A stretch of 64,000 nt of DNA from Lama glama (GCA_028534125.1 CM052817.1:83020001-83084000), one strand, 5' to 3'. Positions 14,882-28,428 are shown, counted from the stretch's first letter. Numbers and translations are program-made. Notes: a model not told the origin generated them from the sequence alone.

Positions 14882-14911
14882 TGCCGTGTACGATGGAGAT
14901 CACAGCGGTCC
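14882..14911 (+). other. candidate plus-strand micro-exon, 30 nt
   Basis: ttcctgatatttctctag|TGCCGTGTACGATGGAGATCACAGCGGTCC|gtgagg. Locally CpG-rich in an AT-rich background, with all three frames open. Confidence 0.22.
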
Positions 14912-16171
14912 GTGAGGGCAGTACTTACAACCTGTGAGGCATTTAAAGCTTAGTTTGAGAAATAAGATGAAAATAATAGAGAGGATGTATATATATGAAA
15001 TATTGCTATTAAATCCAACTTCTTATATCTTAATATGTTCTTCAAGTGATCTTAAGATTTTTTTAAGTTCATACATTCGTGGTATGACACAGTTATGATT
15101 CATATATTTATATATAATTTCTGAATGTTCCCCTTGTTTTATATAGGGATACATTTTGTACCCTTTAGAAGGGCTTGAATTTTTTTCAGTAAAATTCTAT
15201 TTAGTAACTGAGAAATGGTCCTTGAATTTAGAAAAGCCTTGTAAAATGCACTGAGGACTCATATGACTGGCAAGATTAATGAATCTTCAAAGAATGACTT
15301 CACCAGAATGAGTAAGTTCTATGACATTTATAATGTAAAATTTACTCTTTAAAACTGCAAAATATGTCATGTTTGCTTTACCAGAAGTACAAATCCCTCA
15401 AGATTAAGGTCCTCTAGTTCAGTACATTTTTTTAAGTAGGTATGAATACTCTTCTGTTTTTTTTTCCTTAGTCTATTTGCATGTGAGAGATTCTCTAAAA
15501 TGTTTTAGTGTGAAAAACATTTTCTCTGAAATTTCTCACACAGCTTCACACCTCCTAGTGTATGAAGCTGTATTTACCCTGAAATTCATATAGCTGTTAA
15601 GTTACAAAAGAATCCTGAGAGATGTATTTTGTAATACCCTTTAGAATAAATAGACACATATGTAGGATAAATTGCTAAGGTATGAGGAGAAAGGAATAAT
15701 AAAAGAGATACTTAAAGGGATAGGATGATACATTGAGAGGGACATTGAGTGGGGAATTGCGCTATTTTGTATGTATATGTTTTCAGAATTGAGAGGGAGA
15801 CTTTTCTGTAAGCTAGCTTTGTCCAGCTGCTCATGTGATTCCAATTTAAGATGATTTTACTTTAATTGTACCCATTTAAATTTGTTGCTATATTTTTCTA
15901 TCAGGCCTATCTCTAAAAATCATGTTAATAAATGGAAGAATTGATTGTTCATTTTATGTATGTTTGTAGATGTGATATTAAAAACCAACAAAGCAGCAGT
16001 TTTGTGCTGTGAATCTACCAATAACTATTAACCAATCAAACCAGTGTGAATGAAAAGTTTTTAGAATGAAAACTTTTTGTGAATGAAAAGCTATTAGAGT
16101 TTGAAAGTTGAACTTTCTGTGATTTGAGATTGGAAGGATAACAAGGGAGTACATAAAAGTCATAGCTTACC

Positions 16172-16671
16172 NNNNNNNNNNNNNNNNNNNNNNNNNNNNN
16201 NNNNNNNNNNNNNNNNNNNNNNNNNNNNNNNNNNNNNNNNNNNNNNNNNNNNNNNNNNNNNNNNNNNNNNNNNNNNNNNNNNNNNNNNNNNNNNNNNNNN
16301 NNNNNNNNNNNNNNNNNNNNNNNNNNNNNNNNNNNNNNNNNNNNNNNNNNNNNNNNNNNNNNNNNNNNNNNNNNNNNNNNNNNNNNNNNNNNNNNNNNNN
16401 NNNNNNNNNNNNNNNNNNNNNNNNNNNNNNNNNNNNNNNNNNNNNNNNNNNNNNNNNNNNNNNNNNNNNNNNNNNNNNNNNNNNNNNNNNNNNNNNNNNN
16501 NNNNNNNNNNNNNNNNNNNNNNNNNNNNNNNNNNNNNNNNNNNNNNNNNNNNNNNNNNNNNNNNNNNNNNNNNNNNNNNNNNNNNNNNNNNNNNNNNNNN
16601 NNNNNNNNNNNNNNNNNNNNNNNNNNNNNNNNNNNNNNNNNNNNNNNNNNNNNNNNNNNNNNNNNNNNNNN
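16172..16671. other. assembly gap (500 N)
   Basis: Run of exactly 500 N. Confidence 0.99.
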
Positions 16672-19145
16672 GAAAGAGTAGACAAACTGGAAAAGGAGAC
16701 AAAATTGAAAGAGTAGATAAAATGGATAATATAAATAGAGAGATGAAAACCCTAAGAAAGAATCAAAAAGAAATGCTAGACATCAAAACCAGTGTATCAG
16801 AAATGAAGAATGACTTTGATGGGCACACAAGTAGACTAGATATGGCTCAGGAAAGGATCTCAGGGCTTGAGGATACGACAACAGAAACTTCCAAAACTAT
16901 ATAAAAAAAAAAAACAACAGAAAAAAAAGTAAAAAAGTACAGAACATATAAGAACTGTGGGACAACTACAAAAGGTGCAACATATACCTAATGTGAATCT
17001 CAGAAGAAGAGAGAAAGGAAAAGAATAAATAGTCAAAGAAATAATGATTGAGAATTTCCCTAAATTAATGTCATATATACCAATTACCCAGGAAATTCAG
17101 GGAGCACCAAGCAGGATAAATACAAAAAAGCAAAAAGAAAAACAAAGGAAAAACTACTCCTAGGAATATGATCCATACTACAGAAAACCAAAGGTAAAGA
17201 AAAGGTCCTGAAAGAAGCCAGAGGGAGAAAATATTTTTAACTACAGAGGAGTAAAGATAAGAATTACATTTGACTTCTCAGAAGCAAAGCAAGCAAGCAA
17301 AGTAAACTGAAATATTTAAAGTGTTGAAAGAAAAAAAAAAAAGAAAAAAAAAAACACCACCCACCTGGAAATCTGTACCCTTTGAAACTGTCCTTCAAAA
17401 ATGAAGGAGAATTTTTCAGACAAACAAAAATTGAGGGAACCTGTTGTCAGTAGATCTGTCTTACAAGAAATGTTAAAAGAAGTTCTTCAGCAAGAATGAA
17501 AATTATGTATGTCAGTAATGCAGATCTACATAAAGAAAGAACAGGAAAAATAAATAAACAAAATAAAAACTTTTCTTTTTCTTATTCTTAATTGAGCTGA
17601 CAAGTAATACTTCATTCAAAATAATATTAGAAACAATTCTGTATATTTATGTATAAGTGAAATAAATGATAGCAATGATACAAGAAACAAGAGGGAAATT
17701 AGGAATTGTTAATGATAAGGTGTTTGCACTACAAATGAAGCAGTACAGTGTTATCTAAAAGTAGACTTGGATTAGTTATAAATATATATATGCAAACTCT
17801 TGAGCAAACACTAAAAATGTAATAAAAAAGTCTAATTTATATAAGAAAGGAGGGAAAATATAATCATAAAAAATGCTCAGTTAAAACCATGAAAGTCAGA
17901 AAAAGTGTGAAAGACAAAAACAGGAACAAAGAACAAGGGCAACAAATAGAAAACAGTAACAAACAGTACAGATATTAATTGAATTATATCAGTAACTACT
18001 TTAAACATAAATGGTCTAAATACACCAATTAGAAAAATAGAGACACTGTCAGAGAGGAGTCCCCCAAAAGAAAAACAAAGACCTAACTATACATTGTCTG
18101 GAAGAAACCCACTTTAATATAAAGACTATTATAAATTAAAAGGATGGAGAAATATATACCATGTTAACACTAATTAACAGAATGAAGAAGCAGCTATATT
18201 AACTTCAGACAAAGCAGTCTTCAGAGCAAGGAAAGTTATCAGGGATAAAGAGGGAAATTACAAGATGATAAAGGGATCGATATTACAAAAAGATACAATA
18301 AAAAGTATATGCCACTACACACCTATTAGAATAATCAAAATCCAAAACACCAATACCACAAAATTCCACTAAGTATGTGAAATAACAAGAACTCTCATTC
18401 ACTGCTAGTAGGAATGCAAAATGGAACAGCCAATTTGGAAAACAATTTAGCAGTTTCTTACAAATCTAAACATACTCTTAGCATATAATCTAGCAATCAT
18501 GCTTCTTGGTATTTGCCCAAATAAACTGAAAGCAGCCTTATTCATAATTGACAAATCTTGGAAGCAATCAAGATGTCTTTAGAAGGCAAATGGATAAATG
18601 CACTGTGGGACATCCAAATAATAAAATATTACTCAATGCTAGAAAGAAATAAGCTATCAAATCATGAAAAGAAATGGAGGAAACTGAAATACATACACTA
18701 TGTGAAAGAAGCCAATCTGAGAAGGCTACATGCTGTATAATTCCAACCATATGACATTCTGAAAAAGGCACAAGTATGGAAACAGTAAAATGTTTAGGAG
18801 TTGCAAGAGTTAGGGGCGAGGGAGGGATTAACAGGCAGATCACAGAGGATTTTTAGGGCAGTGAAGCTCTTCTGTACAATATTACAATGATGGATATGGG
18901 TTACTATACATTTCTTAAAAACCTACAGAATGTACAAAACCAAGAGTGAATCCTCATAAAAACTATGGATTTGGGATGATAATGATGTGCCCATATAGGT
19001 TCATCAATTGTAACAAATGTACCACGGTATGTCCAAAGTTGGAAGCTTGTATAGGTGTGGCAGTGGCAGTATGTAGAAATTCTGTATTTTCTGCTCAGCT
19101 TTGCTATGAATCTAAAACTGTTCTAAAAATAAAGTTTATTAAAAT
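16672..19145 (+). mobile_element. LINE-1 (L1MC1-like), decayed; ORF1 + endonuclease + ORF2 C-terminus + 3'UTR, internally deleted
   Basis: ORF1p coiled-coil remnant MDNINREMKTLRKNQKEMLDIK...SRLDMAQERISGLED; EN remnant RDKEGNYKMIKGSILQKD near 18241; L1MC-type 3'UTR ending aataaagtttatt. Confidence 0.9.
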
Positions 19146-19429
19146 TTTTAAAAGATTATTTCCAATGCTATGCAAATTAGCAGGTCTTGCCAATGTGCAT
19201 ATTATTCTCTAATAAAGTCAGGCAGTGAGAAAATGAACTATTTGTTAAGGAAAAATTAAACACCATTGGTAAAACATAGGATTTTCCAAGGTTCTTTTCA
19301 AAAGAAATTTTTCTTGAGGAAATAATATTGAGAAATTCTATTATACTCTCTCTTAGAAAGCAACAATGCATATTTGCTAATAAGACCTTAAGTAAAGAAA
19401 GTTATTTCTTTTGTTTAATTCAGTGCTTA

Positions 19430-19655
19430 TTCATTTAGCACTTACAAAGCATTTCCTTTGTAGGAGGTACTCTTCCAGGCATTTATTCAAATATTAATTC
19501 CTAATTTAATTTGTTATGAGAGTTAACTCAGAATTTTCATAAGAACTTTTTGAGGGAGTCATTATTATTATTCTCATTTTACAAATGAGAAAAAGTGTCA
19601 CATAGATACTAAGTTACTTAAGTTAGCGAGTAAATTGTGGAGCTGGACTTCAAGT
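19430..19655 (-). mobile_element. MIR SINE
   Basis: attattattattctcattttacaaatgagaaaa...gtggagctggacttcaa. Confidence 0.65.
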
Positions 19656-20129
19656 AAACATGCATAAGCATGGAGCCATTTTTAAATATAAAACAATGAA
19701 AATAAAAAAGATAGTTCTCTGATACACTTTGAGAATTAATGGTACTTCATATTATAGTTTTCAAAAATGTGTCCTTTGGATTTTCTCATTTGGAAGTACA
19801 ATCATCCTAGAGATATGTGTCACAGAGATATTTTTAAAATATTAAGTGATTTTTCCAAGATTTCAGAACTCATAAGTGATGACACTGAAATTTCAATCTT
19901 GGTTTACTGAATTCTGAAGTCTGTTCTCTTTGCAATATGCTTTGCTAGGAAAAATAGAACTTTCTGCTGTGTAATGAAAATGGGCAAGGGGGAGGGGAGG
20001 GCATGATGGGGTGGGTTTAAGACTGGAACTGGATTTGAAGGCCAACTGTAAAATTGTGAGGAGTCTTTCTTCCAGGCGAAGGTGTTTGGATATGCCTGAG
20101 TAGAAGCAAATGGTGATTTAATGAGGGAG

Positions 20130-20170
20130 TTTTGTTTGTTTGCTTGTTTTGTTTTGTTTTGTTTTGTTTT
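20130..20170. repeat. (GTTT)n/(GTTTT)n simple repeat
   Basis: Directly visible. Confidence 0.9.
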
Positions 20171-21007
20171 CTGATCAGTGAACAATTGAAGTAGTTTTCT
20201 GTAAAGGTAAATCTACATAATATGAATAATGTTTGGAATAAAAAATGGATGGAAGCTGGTAGAACCACAAAATTATTTAATTAGAATTGTGGTCTAAAAT
20301 AAAAGGTCTCATCAAAATAACCAGGATTTTATGTCCCTTAATTACATGAAAGAAGGTTTACATATGAAACATTAGAGTTAACAACAAACACATTTGCATA
20401 AAAATTGAATCACTTTCTCTTTATTCAACATTTTTATATAGCTCTATTATCCTATTTCATCTATAGGTAAAGTAAAGTTCCTCTTGGCGTCTCTTCAGGA
20501 AGAGAATACTAATTGCTCCTTTGGGTTAGAGAGATTATTGCTACCCTACTGCACACAATGGGGGATGCATGAGCTGTAAATCTACAAGGACTCTTTTGCT
20601 AATCACTCTATGTCCTTTATCTGCATTTTACAGTAAGGTTTTTTTTTTTTTCTTAAAAGCACTTGGTTCTTTTCAACTTATTTTAAAGCCAACAAATATA
20701 GAACAGGTCTTAATGCAAGTATATAGTATGTTTTCACATGATTAGGTCAACTTGACAAATACTGAGCACTGAAACAAAACTCCAAACTATGCTGCTCACA
20801 AGGACATAAGCACAGCCTCAGTGGATTTTTCAAGGTTGTAACAAAAACATGCCTCAAGAATCCCTCCAAAAAAAAAAAAAAAAAAGAGGCAAATCTGAGG
20901 AATGGATAATCAATTGTGACCATGAAATATATATGCATATGATTTTTAATGTGATTTTTAAATACTGGATAACCAACCCAAAATGGCTACATATGTTCCC
21001 ATTTTAG

Positions 21008-21325
21008 GGTATGAGTCTTAGAGAAAATGATCTCGTGGGCCAACATATCCACCCGCAGACTTGCAACACCGTAGGACTGATTTCCGGCAGGCAATGTGCA
21101 AACAGGGTCAAGGCACTACAAGGCTCCCCATCCTGGCTTGGGGATCAAGTGCACATTTTGAACCCATTTCTGCTGGTGCTGTCAGTTTATGAAGCTGCAG
21201 GCTGCATGCAGTTTCTATTCTCGTTTCCATTCTCTTGCTTTCAATGTTTTTGGAATCAGTTGCAATTGAAACATCTTGGAAGAAAAGTTTGGTTTTTTGA
21301 ACCCCCTGGTTTCAATTATTTTTAA
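21008..21325 (+). other. candidate plus-strand exon or conserved unique block
   Basis: Acceptor gttcccattttag|GGTATGAG followed by about 300 nt of higher-GC, CpG-retaining unique sequence. The 104-aa ORF here is not recognised. Confidence 0.2.
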
Positions 21326-24300
21326 ATCTGACGCACAAACACTGCTTTTAAAGATATGTGACTAAAGTGCCAAATAAGGATCTTTTGATTTTCTGAAATA
21401 CATGTGGTTGAAATTTGAGACCTGGCTGCTGCCAAGCTGCAGTTCAGGGAATAGAATACTGGCACAAGAAAACGAGCTGTTGTTCAGAGAATAATGTTAG
21501 AAGGAACTGTCCTGCAGAAGGAAAATGTAAATTTTCATGATTTAGCTTATGCTTGCGGGACAATTCCATAATCCTTTGTTAAACACATAGAAGTTGAAAT
21601 ATTGACTATCCTGTTGTTTACTCAGGTTCTCAGCTGTAAGTTTCTTATATAGTTAAGTTGGACTTACATTGAATTTTTTATAATAATAATTTTTTAAAAA
21701 TACATTCACGAGATACCATGACATACTCAAACTAATTCAAATAAGTCCATATTTTTAACTGTAACCTGAAGGTAACAAGTACTGATTTCTTTAAGAAAAA
21801 AATGCAGTACTTTACAGTAGTACAGACTGTACAACTGGAATTGTGATAAAATCTTTTAGGCTAAAGTATTATTCAGTGGGAAAGTATCAAAGTATAATTT
21901 ACCTGTTTGTGGCAGGTACTCTACGTGTAATGTAATATATTACAACGTTCATTATTTAAGTCCCTATGATTCATCTTCTAGTAGTTTACCCGTTGCTGCA
22001 CATCAAAAGAAAAAGCAACAGTACTATCATTTTTGACTAGCTAATGATAGATGCCACATCTGACAAAACATACCAGGAACTCTTATATAACTGGAAAGAT
22101 ATAAAATTTGAAAGTAGATTATGTTGCCAAAGAGGACCATGAACAAATAGCAAATCACACAGGAAAATTAACATGAAATGAAATCAAATAGGGGTACATT
22201 TTAAGAATCAAGCAGGAAGAGAAAAAGAACAATTTAGATATTTCTAGAATGTATTACCAAATTTTAGTATTGTTTACCTCAGACAAGTAGGACTAGATAC
22301 TATTACTATTTCTGTTATATCCTACATTGTTTGAATTATTTGTTCAATAAGTGAACTTATATTACTTTAAAAATAGATAGTTATTAAAGTTGGCTTTTCT
22401 CAATTTGACATAAATTTCCAGAATCACCATATTCTTCCAAAAATATTTACTATGCGCCTTGTACTTTATAGTAACATAAAATATATGAAAATAATAGGTC
22501 TCTTTGGTAACTTATGCTAAGCTGCAGTTATATGACATCAAATCTCCAGATTAAATGCAACAGTTTAAATCAATCAAGTATATTCTTGGTATTATAGAGC
22601 TGGATGTACAGATAAATTAATGGAATGTTTAGTATTTACCCAGATGCATTAATAGTGTAAGGCATAACCACAAAGACACTATCAACAAGTATGAAAGGAC
22701 AAAACAGATACATATCACATGACTTAAATTCATATGTATTAATATAGTACCATATGAGAAATTATGTGAGAAAATAGTTGAGGGTATTAAGAGCACTTTA
22801 TGAATACTACGTGTTAATGGGAAGAGTCCAGAGTAGACAGTGTTATTTTTTCCTAATTTATCTAAAAATTTTTCAGAAAAAAATTGAGATTTCAGAAATG
22901 CTTTACTTGGAAGCTACATAAATTTTATTAAATTTAAGAGGATGACAGATTCCAATTAGAAGCTTGAAAAGAAACCAGGAAGCAGATATTGATCAACAGA
23001 AAAAAGAAATTTTGATATGAGGACCAAAAACTCTATAATTAAAGTGTAGGTTGTTCACCCCATAGGAAAGCTCACTCTCTTCCAGAATCATATTTGGCAT
23101 TTTTATAAACACCTACTGTTGTCTAAATTATGTTGAAAGTGATTAAGTACCCCTTGTTTTAACCTATTTTTACTCTATCCCTAAACAGAAAAGTAGGCCT
23201 GAAAGAAGATGGACTTAAGAAGTTTAAGGTGAAAGAAGACCATCATAAATGGCTAACTTACCTTCTAAAGTGTAAGGATTCGATGCAATAATCTGTGGTA
23301 TCAATCTTGTTAAATCACCAGTCTGTAAGAGGAGCTACTCTTATTCCACTATAAGAAATAGAACAACATTTTTTGTTTTTTAAGTTGGCTAGTTTCATTA
23401 TTTAAGTAAATGCATTCATGTTGTGTTGTTTACCACCACACTGAGCCATGTCTTAAGCAGATCCACACGCAGGTCACTTCCAAGCATTGAGGACCATTAT
23501 CTACGACTAAAGACTTCTAAGCCCTCCTACCTGAAGGCGTTCATGGTTCAGACTTACAGTACTTAATTTTCATGAACTATATTTAACATAAGAATTACTG
23601 TTCCTGTTTACTACACACATATATGTGAATTCTGGAGTTTAAGCAGGGTACATGCCTTCATTCAGAGTACAAATTTATCTATTATAGCTCCAAAAAGCAC
23701 CTAGAAAAGTACTTAGTTTTCTTTTGGGCTGAAATAAGGAAATTTATACATAGTTTTGGATTTTATGGACAAAAACAAACTTTCTTTTCTAGGTGAAGAT
23801 AGAGCGTAAAGCACATAAAAATTACCTCTATTCCCAAAACATAGAAATGATAGATAATGGTTATTTTTTTGTTTCAAATATGGAGACAAATCCATAAACT
23901 AATAGGTATATATCCATGAAGCAGAACAGGGTAACTTAGAAAAAGTAAAAGGAAGTAAAAGAAAGCAATTGAAAATCTAGTCATGTAACCCATGAACACA
24001 GAACCAAATATGGGCTATAAGGTCACAAGCTAGACCTATATAAACCCTGGAGCCAGATCTGTACCTTATTCCAGGAAAAGGGGCAGAAACAAACTACCAG
24101 ACTATAGCCCAGCACAGGTGAAAAGTCAGTGGGGTATGGCATGAGCATGTGCCATCACACAGGCCAAGGGTTTTAAGCCAAACACTTACCGTGTTCAAGC
24201 CATGCACCTTATAGGCCCAGGGCAGCAATAAACATAAAGCAATTATATAGACAAACCCATACAGGATAAGTCTACAAACAATACTTAGAAAGAACAAAAG

Positions 24301-24499
24301 TACATGTATTATTGATGCAACAAATATTTATTGAATACCTACTATATGCTGGGAACTCTGCCAAGCACTGAGGAAAAAGTTTTTAAAAAAGTAGTTAAAA
24401 ATCAATGTCCTCCTGAAGCATACATTATGAAATAGCAGGAGTAAGAGAAAACACACAATAAACTGATAAATATGTAAGACGGTTCACTGCCTCCAATGG

Positions 24500-25560
24500 G
24501 AGAGAATTTGAACCCAGAAAATTAAGTTAACAAAGTAATTTAAGAAAATGTTAAGAGTATGTATGTATGTATCTCAAAGTATAAAAAGAGAAAAGCTTTT
24601 AGGAAAAAAATAATATGTAGTTATAAAACAGCAGACAGGAAAAAGAACAAAATAGAAATTTGAGAATGAAAAAAATAAAATTAGAGAAATTTAAAAATCC
24701 CTTAAACTATAGGGTCAATATTGTTTAAAGAAATTTAAACACAAAATTAATGAGTTGGAAGACAGAATTGAGGAAATCTCCCAGAAGCTAACAGAGAGAT
24801 AGAGAGAGAAGAGAGAGATTGAGATTAAGAGATAATGAAGAACAATTTGAGGAGCTCATCTATCTGCCTAATTCCAGAAAGAAAAAAATAAAACAAAACA
24901 AAACAAAAAATAGAAAGAGCATAAAGAGGTAATATTTGAAGCTATAAAAACTGAAATTTTCCTAGAACTAACGATGTGAATCTTCAGGTTAAAAAAAAAT
25001 CCACTGAATGCCTAATCTACATCTCTACATGTGAACTTTGCTACTTTCAGCAGCAAAGAAAAAATTTTGAATTTTCCAGAAAAAGACTAATTTTCTGTAA
25101 GGAAACTTCACCAAATAGATTGATGGCAGACTTATTCATAGAAATATGTGACAGAAATCAGACAATAATTATATTTAGACAGTGTGGGAAAACTACCTTG
25201 TACTTCATTATATGCCTGGTCAGACTATCACTAAAGAGTCAGAATTAATTACATTTTTATAACTCATGGACACAGAAATTTTACAGTCCCTCACTGAAAA
25301 AAATATATACATACAAAGGGTATATGTCAGCAAGGGGAATTAACTATGTAATGTACCACAGAAATAAAGCTTCCACAAATTCCACACAATTGATATTCTA
25401 AGACTATCTTCTCTCCTCACAGTCCTATAAAGCTAAAAGACAGAAATTAACAAAAGTAAAACAAATCAAAAAAGGATAAAAGTACTAAATATTTGAAAGC
25501 CATTAAGGTCACATCCAAGTAATCCAGTAATCCACGAGCTAAGAAAAGAAAATCATATTA
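24500..25560 (+). mobile_element. old LINE-1 (L1M/L1ME) ORF1-region remnant
   Basis: A-rich decayed sequence with L1 ORF1-like motifs such as aattaatgagttggaagacagaattgaggaaatctcccagaa. Confidence 0.65.
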
Positions 25561-25765
25561 CATAGACCAGGACCACCAGTAATTTATGATTTGAGCAGTA
25601 GTGGTGATAGTGGGCATCACTGTTTAAAATGCTTCTGAAGTTAAAAATTAAGTACCATTACGTGCATTAAGTTTTGGTAGACACACCACAAGCAGGCTAA
25701 GTAAAGTTTCTTCTACTCTTAATACACACATACACAAATACCCATAGACATATGTGGGTAACATA

Positions 25766-25809
25766 CTGAATGTTATTGAATGTCTTTTCTGCATCTATTG
25801 AGATGATCA
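25766..25809 (-). mobile_element. inverted LINE-1 RT-domain fragment
   Basis: Minus strand encodes IISIDAEKTFNNI, matching the L1 RT motif IISIDAEKAFDKI. Confidence 0.85.
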
Positions 25810-25821
25810 AGAATGCTGCTA

Positions 25822-26776
25822 ATAGACATCAATGGAACAGGATAGACAGCAAAGAAAAAACCCACAAACTTTTGGTCAATTAATCTTTGACAAAGGAGGC
25901 ACGAACATACAGTGTAGTAAAGGCAGTCTCTTCAGCAACTGGTGTTGGGAAAACTGGACAGCTGCATGTAAATCAATGAAGTTAGAATACTCCTTCACAC
26001 CACACACAAAAATAAACTTGAAATGGCTTAAAGACTTAAACATAAGACAAGACTCTATAAACCTCTTAGAAAAAGACATAGGCAAAACATTCTCTGACAA
26101 ATCTCAGCAATGTTCTCCTAGGGCAGTCTATCCAAGGAATAGATATAAAAGCAAAAATAAACAAATGAGACCTAATTAAACTTTTGCACAGCAAAGGAAA
26201 CCATAAGTAAAACAAAAAGACAACCTACAGAACAGGAGAAAATATTTGCAAAAGATGAGACCGATAGGGCTTAATTTCCAGAATATATAAACAGCTTATA
26301 CAACTTAATAAAAAAACACAAACAAATAACCCAATCCAAAAATGGGCAGAAGACCTAAATAAGCAATTCTCCAATGAAGACATACAAATGGCCAATAGGC
26401 ACATGAAAAAATGTTCAGTATTGCTAATTATCAGAGATATGCAAATCAAAACTTCAATGAAGTATTATCTCACACCAGTCAGAATGGCCATCATGAAAAA
26501 GTCCACAAATGATAAATGCTGGGGAGGGTGTGGAGAAAAGGGAACCCTCCTACATTGTTGGTGGGAATGTAGTTTGCTGCAGCCATTATTGAAAATAGTA
26601 CGGAGATTCCTCAAAAAACTAAAATTAACTTACCATAGGATCCAGCAATCCTACTCTTGGGCATATATCTAGAGGGAACCTTAATTCAAAAAGATACATG
26701 CACCTCAATATTCATAGTAGCACTATTTACAATAGCCAAGACATGGAAACAACCTAAATGTCCATTGACAGATGAC
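25822..26776 (+). mobile_element. relatively young LINE-1 ORF2 3' fragment (cetartiodactyl/camelid-type), lacking 3'UTR and polyA
   Basis: Translations NPQTFGQLIFDKG, WCWENWTAACKSMKLE and [35 protein letters not shown]...LLHCWWEC match the L1 ORF2p C-terminal region. Confidence 0.95.
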
Positions 26777-26865
26777 TTTTATCACTAGTTGTTCCGCAGT
26801 TAGTCATGATCTTGGTATGTCTGTGAGAGGAGGTGAGCTCCAGCTCCTTCTGCTTCACCATCTTG
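26777..26865 (-). mobile_element. LINE-1 extreme 5' end (5'UTR start), minus strand
   Basis: Reverse complement reads CAAGATGGTGAAGCAGAAGGAGCTGGAGCTCACCTCCTCTCACAGACATACCAAGATCATGACTAACTGCGGAACAAC, resembling the laurasiatherian L1 5' start. Confidence 0.75.
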
Positions 26866-27004
26866 AAAGGAACTTCTGCTAGCTCTGGTGTATTTTTAAA
26901 TATTTCACATATTTTCTCAAACACAACCAAATTAGATTTTTCTCTCAATGAGATGTTCAACATTAGTATTTGTAAAATGCCATTTGCTCTTCTTTCCTTT
27001 TACC

Positions 27005-27715
27005 AGATTTTTTATTGTATTGAGAAAATACATTAGAACATGTTAAATATTCAAACAGTATAGTTAGTATACTGAGAAGTTCTCTAGCCCTCATTTTCCT
27101 GCCCAGGAGAACCACTCCTAACAATTACTCTGCATCATTCCAGAAAACGTCCATTTGACCTATGTATTAATCATTTTAACATAAATTCAAATAGATTCTA
27201 ATACTATTCTGGGAACTGATTTTTCTTACTTAAAAATATATTTAGGAGATTTTTTTTAATGTAAGCACAGAAACCAATCTCCATTCTTTTTAATAGTTGC
27301 ATAATATTCCATGCTATGGATTTAGCAAATTAAATGAAATACATTAATGTAGTTGCCAGTTTTTGCTGTCATAAACAGGGTGGAGAAACCAACGTCCTTG
27401 CATGCATGTGTTAGCATACCACATGATAAATTCTTAGAAGTCAAATTGCCAGGTCAGAGTAATGTATATTTATATTTTTATAAATATTGCCAAATTCCTA
27501 TTAAAAGAGAATAAAATAATTCAACTTCACCACCTTTGAATGAGAATTATTATTTCTCCATTCTATACACATGTATACTATATATATTAACATATATTTT
27601 AGTCTTTAAGAAAGTAGGTGGAAACCAAGTTCTTATCTTAATTTTCTTTTCTTTAATTATGAGCAAGGCTATGCAGTTTAACGTGTGGGTAGTCCATTTG
27701 CATTTCTTTTAGATG
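27005..27715 (-). mobile_element. old LINE-1 (L1ME/L1MC) 3' remnant
   Basis: Antisense L1 3' motifs such as ttttaatagttgcataatattccat and aaattcttagaagtcaaattgccaggtca. Confidence 0.65.
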
Positions 27716-28428
27716 GGTTGGTTATCTAATATTAAGAATCACATTAAAAGCTATATACATATACATTTGATGGTCACAGTTACTTTGCCATTCCTCAGAT
27801 TTGTCCCTTTTTGGAAGGATTCTTGCATCATGTTCTTGTCACAACTTTAAAGTCTACCAAAGTTGTGCTATGTCCTTGTGAGTAGCATGGTTTAGAGTTC
27901 TGTTGCAGTTTAAGCATTTGTCAAACTGACTCAATCATGTCAAAACTGCACTATATAATTGTCTTAAGACTTATTATTTTGTGTTTGTTGGCTTTAAAAT
28001 ATTGAGTTGAAAAGAGCCCATGTACCTTTAAGAAAAAGGAGGCCTTATTGTAAAATGCAGATAAAGGACCCATCACATTGGCAAAGGATTCCTTGTAGAT
28101 TTACAGCACATGCTTCCCTGAGTGTAATAAGGCAGCAATAGTTCTCTCTCCCTGAATGAAGCCAGGAAGGAACTTCACTGACCTGCTGGTATGTTTTACA
28201 AAATTTTCCAAAATGTTATTAGCCTTTTTCTTATTGAGCTGTTATTTGTATAGCTAAAAAAAAAAGAATATGCATTATAAATGATATACGTCTGCTATAA
28301 TAATTCATTAAAATGAAAGGAAGAAGACAAAGAGAAAGAAGCAGGAAGAAAAGAGGAAGAAGAAGTAGGAGGAGAAGAAAGGAGGGAAGTAGTCACTTCT
28401 CATAGGGACTGATTTCTTTCCATTGACT

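Noticed and set aside
16160..16702. 180-aa and 172-aa ORFs in the track
   Set aside because: Artefacts of translating the N gap.
25832..26672. ORFs with clear protein similarity
   Set aside because: Frameshifted L1 ORF2p fragments, not host genes.
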